From Lachnospiraceae bacterium (GTDB lineage Bacteria; Bacillota; Clostridia; Lachnospirales; Lachnospiraceae): a stretch of DNA of 64,000 nt. Made by a program: the position numbers and the translations under genes. Under the pieces are notes generated by a model that searched no databases, was not told the origin of the DNA, and worked only from the letters and a program-made list of their open reading frames with translations. Each line of letters begins with the position of its first letter. The stretch's first letter is position 1. Positions 58,192-64,000 of this stretch are shown in pieces. Location of the stretch: contig JAAWEL010000027.1 in assembly GCA_022794255.1 (NCBI GenBank), positions 1,676 through 65,675 on the forward strand, in the 5' to 3' direction.

Positions 58192-59511
58192 ATGAAGAAG
58201 GTTGTAAAATTTGGCGGAAGTTCCCTGGCCAGCACCAGGCAGTTTAAGAAGGTAGGTGAGATCATCCGGTCGGATAAGACCAGGCGGTATGTGATCCCCT
58301 CAGCGCCGGGGAAGCGCAATGATCAGGACGAGAAGGTGACGGATATGCTGTATGCCTGCTATGATGCGGCCAGCACCGGAGTTGCTTATAAGAAATTGTT
58401 AAACCGGATCAAGGACCGTTATATGGAGATTATCAACGGGTTAGATCTGAATCTGAACCTGGATTTTGAGTTTGACCGGATTGAGGAGAATTTTGTCAAG
58501 GGAATCGGGCGGGATTATGCGGCTTCCCGGGGAGAATATTTAAATGGTCTTGTGATGGCCAATTATCTGGGATACGAATTTATTGATGCGGCAGAGGTTA
58601 TCTTTTTTGACGACCAGGGGAATTTTGAGGCGGATTTCACCAACCGGGAGTTGGGAGAGCGGTTAGAGCATGTGGAGCGGGCGGTGATCCCGGGATTTTA
58701 CGGCGCTATGCATAACGGGACCATCAAAACCTTTTCCAGGGGTGGCTCGGACGTGACCGGCTCGATTGTGGCCAAAGCAATCCACGCAGATCTGTATGAA
58801 AACTGGACCGATGTGTCAGGATTTTTAGTGGCGGATCCACGGATTGTGTCAGAACCGGAGGTGATTGAGACGATCACTTACAAGGAGCTGCGGGAGCTGG
58901 CCTACATGGGAGCCAGTGTGCTGCACGAGGATGCGATTTTTCCGGTGAGAAGGGAAGGGATCCCCATCAATATCCGCAACACCAACAAACCCCAGGATAA
59001 GGGGACTCTGATTGTGGAGAGCACCTGCAGAAAACCTCGCTACACTATCACCGGAATCGCCGGAAAGAAGGGTTTTTGTGCCATCAATATTGAAAAGGCT
59101 ATGATGAATGCGGAGGTGGGCTTTGGGAGAAAGGTGCTGGAGGTCTTTGAGAAATACGGTATTTCTTTTGAGCATATGCCGTCTGGCATTGACACCATGA
59201 CCATTATGGTTCATCAGGATGAGTTTGAAGAATATGAGCAGTCGGTGATTGCGGGGATCCACCGGGCTGTGGAGCCGGACAGTGTGGATCTGGAATCGGA
59301 TCTGGCGTTGATTGCCGTGGTTGGACGGGGAATGAAGGGAACCAGAGGAACGGTGGGAAGAATCTTTTCCGCTCTGGCCCATGCCCGGATCAATGTGAAG
59401 ATGATTGATCAGGGCTCCAGCGAATTAAATATCATAATCGGTGTCAAGAATGTGGATTTTGAGATGGCAATCAAGGCAATCTATGATATTTTTATTACAG
59501 CAGAGATATAA
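58192..59511 (+). CDS. aspartate kinase
   Basis: KFGGSSLA, SAPGK, FSRGGSD and WTDV motifs; two C-terminal ACT domains. Confidence 0.95.
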   Translation: MKKVVKFGGSSLASTRQFKKVGEIIRSDKTRRYVIPSAPGKRNDQDEKVTDMLYACYDAASTGVAYKKLLNRIKDRYMEIINGLDLNLNLDFEFDRIEENFVKGIGRDYAASRGEYLNGLVMANYLGYEFIDAAEVIFFDDQGNFEADFTNRELGERLEHVERAVIPGFYGAMHNGTIKTFSRGGSDVTGSIVAKAIHADLYENWTDVSGFLVADPRIVSEPEVIETITYKELRELAYMGASVLHEDAIFPVRREGIPINIRNTNKPQDKGTLIVESTCRKPRYTITGIAGKKGFCAINIEKAMMNAEVGFGRKVLEVFEKYGISFEHMPSGIDTMTIMVHQDEFEEYEQSVIAGIHRAVEPDSVDLESDLALIAVVGRGMKGTRGTVGRIFSALAHARINVKMIDQGSSELNIIIGVKNVDFEMAIKAIYDIFITAEI

Positions 59512-59527
59512 TGGGAGTGTAAGGAAG

Positions 59528-59552
59528 GGAGTCCGGTTTGCCGGGCTCCTTT
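59528..59552 (+). terminator. probable terminator
   Basis: ggagtccgg-tttg-ccgggctcc-ttt. Confidence 0.6.
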
Positions 59553-59663
59553 GATTATAGCTGTTTATAGCCTGCCTGCTCAATTTGTCCTTTATAAACG
59601 AAAACAGATGTGGTATACTTGGATTGTTATACGATTGGAGAATCTGTCCGAAGGGAGAAGGTT

Positions 59664-61700
59664 ATGGACGGTTTGTACAAAGCCAGGCGGACATTTTTTT
59701 TAGAATTTATACTGGCTGTGGCATTTTTTACAGTCAGCTGCGCCGGGCCGTCTACCCGGGTGCTGCCCCGGGAGAGCAGGGAGGAATTGGTAGAGCAGGA
59801 GGAGCTTCTGGTTCTTGAGGAGGGGAACCCCTTTTATCTTCAGGAGGAGCTTGATTTTTTGGCTAAGTCTCCTTGTGTGGCAGGAAGTGAGAGAGAGAGG
59901 GAGTGTACGCACTATATCCGGCAGCTTCTGGAGGATTACGGGTATGATGTGACATTGCAGGGTTTTCTGTATGAGGAGGGATCCGGGGAGGAGAAAAGGA
60001 CAGGGACCAATGTGGTTGCTGTGAGGCAGACGGAGAATAAGGAAGGAGATATTCTGATTGTGGCAGCGCACCACGATACCCGTCCTTACAGTCCGGGGGC
60101 CGGTGACAGCGCTTGCGGCGTGGCAGTGCTTCTGGAGACAGCCCGGCTTCTTTCCCGGCTCCCTACAGATACAGAGCTCCGCTTTATCAGTTTTTCCGGC
60201 TATGTAGATGAGCAGGCAGGATGCCGGTATTACGTGGATTCTTTGATGGAGAGAGAGCAGGAGCGGGTGATTGGAGCTGTTCTCCTGGATGAGATGGGGT
60301 TTCATTTGGATGGGAGTATGACGCTGGCCACAGAGGATGGCCGTCCTACGCTGCTTGGCGACAGTATTCAGGATGCAGGCCAGGAGCTTTTGGGGGAAAA
60401 CTGGTCCTACATCAGGCAGGAGACGGGAGGACACAGCCGGTTTGTGCGGGGCAGGGTTCCGGCTGTGTCTGTCAGGCAGAAAAGGGAGGCCTTTGAGCTG
60501 GGTTCCCGTTTTGATAAGCCGGAACTTGTGAATATAGAACGGCTGACACAGGTGGTCAATGTATTAAGCCGTGCGGTGTCAGATATTATGAGTCCGGATA
60601 CTCCGTCTATGGTGGCAAAGTCCCGCCATTACAATCATCTGCGTGACAATGCGGCTGTGGAATATGTGGGGCTGCCGCTTCCCTTTGGGGAGGCGATTGC
60701 TCAGACAAAAGCACGCCTTGGGGTAGAAGGTGTTTTGGCTTCAGAAAATACAGACAATGAAGGAAAGCTTATCCAGTCCTATCAGTATCTGGTAAAGTGG
60801 TTTGGCGTGGATCAGCCACTTCTTACCAATTACTATTATAGCAGCGGCAAGCTGGATTTTGTGTCCATTGACGGGGATGGAGCTGGTGTGGAGTTTTCGG
60901 AAATGACAGGACGGGTCAAATCTGTCTATGGGGAACCGGTGCAGCGGAGTGAAGGGCCGGAGGGAACGGAGCTTGTCTGGCAGGACGGGATCAGCAGGAC
61001 AGATATCTCCCTCAGCCCGGAGGGAGATGGATACCGTCTGGTACTTCGGGAATACCAGCCCGGGAAGCAGCAGCTTGACAGTTATGAGATTTCTCCTCCT
61101 GCAGGACTTAATCCCCAGATGGGGCTGGGGCACAGGGAGGGAGAGGAGCCTGGGGCACAAGATTCCAGAACGAATGTGTTTTTGACACTGGTGCGTCAGT
61201 TTCTCCCCCTGGGGAATGAGACAAATCTCATCCGGATTGATTTATACACAGATGGGGTTGGCATGACACGAACCAGTCTGGATGTGATTTTGCCGGAAGA
61301 AGGTGGCGGGGCTGAGGCAGAACCAGCTTTTGTCTGGGGCTTTGATCTTGAGGATGCCTTAACAAGAGATGGAAAATGGCGCAATGAGACGGACATGGTG
61401 CGTCAGATTCTGCTGCTTTACGGAGAGATGCTTGATCAGACCAGACGCTATGGAATCGCTTTTACAGAGGCATTTCCAGAAGAAGATGATTCTGTGGAGC
61501 AGGTTCTCACCGGCTTAAGGCCAGGGGATATCCCGGAGCCCCTGCCGGATTTTAAGGAGAGTTTTATGTGGTTTGTGCTGACAGACCAGACAGAGGAGGC
61601 GGACGGTGAATGGGGAGCGAGAATCCGATTCTTTTATCAATATGAAGAATTGGCCGCATATCGGACGCTGATACGGAACAACCTTAAGATAGATCCATAA
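59664..61700 (+). CDS. M28-peptidase-like lipoprotein with C-terminal extension
   Basis: Lipobox-like TVSC; AHHD, GAGDSACG and LLDEMG motifs. Confidence 0.75.
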   Translation: MDGLYKARRTFFLEFILAVAFFTVSCAGPSTRVLPRESREELVEQEELLVLEEGNPFYLQEELDFLAKSPCVAGSERERECTHYIRQLLEDYGYDVTLQGFLYEEGSGEEKRTGTNVVAVRQTENKEGDILIVAAHHDTRPYSPGAGDSACGVAVLLETARLLSRLPTDTELRFISFSGYVDEQAGCRYYVDSLMEREQERVIGAVLLDEMGFHLDGSMTLATEDGRPTLLGDSIQDAGQELLGENWSYIRQETGGHSRFVRGRVPAVSVRQKREAFELGSRFDKPELVNIERLTQVVNVLSRAVSDIMSPDTPSMVAKSRHYNHLRDNAAVEYVGLPLPFGEAIAQTKARLGVEGVLASENTDNEGKLIQSYQYLVKWFGVDQPLLTNYYYSSGKLDFVSIDGDGAGVEFSEMTGRVKSVYGEPVQRSEGPEGTELVWQDGISRTDISLSPEGDGYRLVLREYQPGKQQLDSYEISPPAGLNPQMGLGHREGEEPGAQDSRTNVFLTLVRQFLPLGNETNLIRIDLYTDGVGMTRTSLDVILPEEGGGAEAEPAFVWGFDLEDALTRDGKWRNETDMVRQILLLYGEMLDQTRRYGIAFTEAFPEEDDSVEQVLTGLRPGDIPEPLPDFKESFMWFVLTDQTEEADGEWGARIRFFYQYEELAAYRTLIRNNLKIDP

Positions 61701-61729
61701 GAACATGTAAATTTGGAGGTAAATAAGGG

Positions 61730-63247
61730 ATGTTGGAGAAAATTGATTTGTCAAGAACTGTTAAGAAGGAAGTCTACAAAAAGGTTCAGGCAGAGGAGGG
61801 TGCAAAGCTGGGACAGCTTCAGAGGCGTTTAAAGGAGGCGGGGATCCCGGTGCTGATCCTGTTTGAGGGTATGGGGGCAGCAGGCAAGGGAACCCAGATC
61901 AATCGTCTGATTCAGGCATTGGATCCCAGAGGTTTTGACGTGTATGCCAGCAACCGTCCCACAGAAGAAGAGATTCTGCGGCCGTTTCTGTGGAAGTTCT
62001 GGACTGTGACGCCGGAGAACGGGCGCATAGCCATCTACGACCGGAGCTGGTATCAAAAGGTGCTGATTGACCGTTTTGACAAAGTGACAAAGAAAAAGGA
62101 GCTTCCGGAGGCATTCCGGGATATCTGTTCCTTTGAAAAACAGCTCAGTGATGGGGGCGCGGTGATCATCAAGCTGTTTTTGTATATCTCCCAGGAGGAG
62201 CAAAAAAAGCGTTTTAAGAAGCTGGAAAAATCTGTGGAGACCAAGTGGCATGTAAGTGAGGGAGACTGGGACAGAAACCGCAGGTACGAGGAGTATTTGC
62301 AGATTAATGAGGAGATGCTGGAGCGGACGGATACAGAATTTGCCCCATGGACTATCATTGAGGCTACAGACCGGAACTATGCGGCCATGAAGATATTAAA
62401 GTCTGTGACAGAGCGGCTGGAAAAGGTATTGGAGGAGAAGGCAGCAAAAAAGGGAACCCAGAAAGTCAATTCAGGAATTTCTCTGGATGCAGGAAGCCGC
62501 TATCAGAACGGTGTGCTGTCTGGTGTGGATTTGTCTAAGGCTCTCACCAGAGAAGAATATAAACAAAAGCTTGACAAGCTGCAGAAGCGGCTGGAGATTC
62601 TTCACAGTGACATTTATCGTCTGAGGATTCCTGTGGTATTGGGCTTTGAAGGCTGGGATGCAGGAGGCAAAGGCGGCGCCATCAAGCGTCTGACCAGCCA
62701 TCTGGATCCCAGAGGTTATCAGGTATGTCCCACAGCCTCTCCCAATGACATTGAGAAAAAGCATCATTATCTCTGGCGTTTCTGGAACAAGGTGCCAAAG
62801 GCAGGCCATGTGGCTATCTTTGACCGGACCTGGTACGGGCGGGTCATGGTGGAGCGGATTGAGGGCTTCTGCACAGAGGATGACTGGAAGCGGGCCTATC
62901 AGGAGATCAATGAGATGGAGGCTCACATGGCCAATGCAGGTGCTGTGGTGCTGAAATTCTGGCTTCACATTGACAAGGATGAGCAGGAGCGGCGCTTTAA
63001 GGAGCGGATGGAGATTCCGGAAAAACAGTGGAAAATCACAGACGAGGACTGGCGTAACCGGGAGAAATGGGATCAGTATGAGATTGCTGTCAATGAGATG
63101 CTGGTGCGCACCTCCACCACCTATGCACCGTGGATTGTGGTAGAGGGAAATAATAAGTATTATGCCCGGGTGAAGGTGCTTCAGACTGTGGTGGATGCCT
63201 TAGAGGAGAAAATCCGCCAGGTGAAAAAGGAGAGAAGCGAAGATTAA
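61730..63247 (+). CDS. pap: two-domain PPK2 polyphosphate:AMP phosphotransferase
   Basis: Tandem FEGMGAAGKG/DRSWY and FEGWDAGGKG/DRTWY PPK2 domains. Confidence 0.92.
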   Translation: MLEKIDLSRTVKKEVYKKVQAEEGAKLGQLQRRLKEAGIPVLILFEGMGAAGKGTQINRLIQALDPRGFDVYASNRPTEEEILRPFLWKFWTVTPENGRIAIYDRSWYQKVLIDRFDKVTKKKELPEAFRDICSFEKQLSDGGAVIIKLFLYISQEEQKKRFKKLEKSVETKWHVSEGDWDRNRRYEEYLQINEEMLERTDTEFAPWTIIEATDRNYAAMKILKSVTERLEKVLEEKAAKKGTQKVNSGISLDAGSRYQNGVLSGVDLSKALTREEYKQKLDKLQKRLEILHSDIYRLRIPVVLGFEGWDAGGKGGAIKRLTSHLDPRGYQVCPTASPNDIEKKHHYLWRFWNKVPKAGHVAIFDRTWYGRVMVERIEGFCTEDDWKRAYQEINEMEAHMANAGAVVLKFWLHIDKDEQERRFKERMEIPEKQWKITDEDWRNREKWDQYEIAVNEMLVRTSTTYAPWIVVEGNNKYYARVKVLQTVVDALEEKIRQVKKERSED

Positions 63248-63308
63248 GATTTTCCTTAAGAAGGAAAGAGAAAAGGCAAAAGCCGGGAAAGAGCAGAACA
63301 GGAAAAGT

Positions 63309-64000
63309 ATGAGCAATGTGGTGATTATTGGCGGCGGCGCGGCGGGAATGATGGCGGCCGCCGCCGCTGCTAAGGCCGGACATCAGGTCCGGTTATACGA
63401 GAAAAATGAAAAACTTGGCAAAAAGCTTTATATCACCGGCAAGGGTCGGTGTAATCTGACGAATGCCTGTGAGATGGAGGAATTGTTTGCATCGGTTATC
63501 CATAACCCCAAATTTTTATACAGCAGCTTTTATGCTTTTACCAACCAGAACGTGATGGATTTTATGGAGGAATATGGGTGTCCGGTTAAGGTGGAGCGAG
63601 GGAACCGGGTTTTTCCTTTATCCGATAAGTCCTCGGATGTGATCCGGGCCCTTTCCCGCGCTTTAAAGGAGCTGGGAGTTTCCGTCTGTCTGGGGGAGGA
63701 GGTGGATGCCTTAACGCTTAAGGAGGGGCAGATCACCGGGCTCCTCCTAAAAAAGGGCCGGTCTTTTGTAAATGCAGATCAGGTGATCGTGGCCACAGGA
63801 GGTCTCTCCTATCCTTCCACCGGATCCACTGGTGACGGCTACCGGTTTGCAGAACAGGCCGGTCATCAGGTGACAGAGTTAAACCCGGCTCTGGTGCCCT
63901 TTGAGGTGAGAGAGCTTTCGGTGGTGAAAGGGCTCCAGGGGCTTTCTCTGCGAAATGTGAAGGTTCAGGTGTTTCAGGGTAAAAAGCTTTTGTACGAAGA
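63309..64000 (+). CDS. HI0933-family NAD(P)/FAD-dependent oxidoreductase (partial)
   Basis: IIGGGAAG, LGKKLYITGKGRCNLTN and ATGGLSYPSTGSTGDGY motifs; runs off the window. Confidence 0.92.
   Translation, partial: MSNVVIIGGGAAGMMAAAAAAKAGHQVRLYEKNEKLGKKLYITGKGRCNLTNACEMEELFASVIHNPKFLYSSFYAFTNQNVMDFMEEYGCPVKVERGNRVFPLSDKSSDVIRALSRALKELGVSVCLGEEVDALTLKEGQITGLLLKKGRSFVNADQVIVATGGLSYPSTGSTGDGYRFAEQAGHQVTELNPALVPFEVRELSVVKGLQGLSLRNVKVQVFQGKKLLYE

Overview
Chromosomal window from a Lachnospiraceae-like (Clostridia) anaerobe; almost every gene is on the + strand. 1-21.9 kb is mostly housekeeping: a phosphosugar mutase 3' end, ferredoxin, acylphosphatase, an FMN alpha-hydroxy-acid oxidase, ilvN-ilvC, a LysR gene divergent from two tandem LeuD/LeuC-type hydro-lyase pairs, a cell-wall hydrolase, five tRNAs, a Trp T-box-controlled ABC transporter, a two-component system, a HAD-IIA phosphatase and four membrane hypotheticals. 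21.9-24.0 kb is a decayed prophage/mobile remnant (amidase pseudogene, holin, broken collagen-like gene, integrase fragment). 24.1-54.1 kb is an accessory island and the most interesting part. It opens with a sigma28-like promoter between two 43-bp direct repeats whose 24-bp cores are perfect inverted repeats of each other. Next come a TnpB/Cas12f-like gene with all three RuvC catalytic residues substituted (TldR-like, no transposase nearby) and a structured 230-nt intergenic region that may be its guide RNA. About 19 cytoplasmic glycan-biosynthesis genes follow, with no flippase, polymerase or exporter; twelve consecutive ones carry the same small Rossmann-like module. The working hypothesis (inference) is an RNA-guided regulator coupled to a possibly phase-variable flagellin/protein glycosylation island. 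54.4-64 kb returns to housekeeping genes: purL, aspartokinase, an M28-like lipoprotein, PPK2/pap and a HI0933 flavoprotein. All calls come from reading motifs by eye; no searches or folding programs were run.
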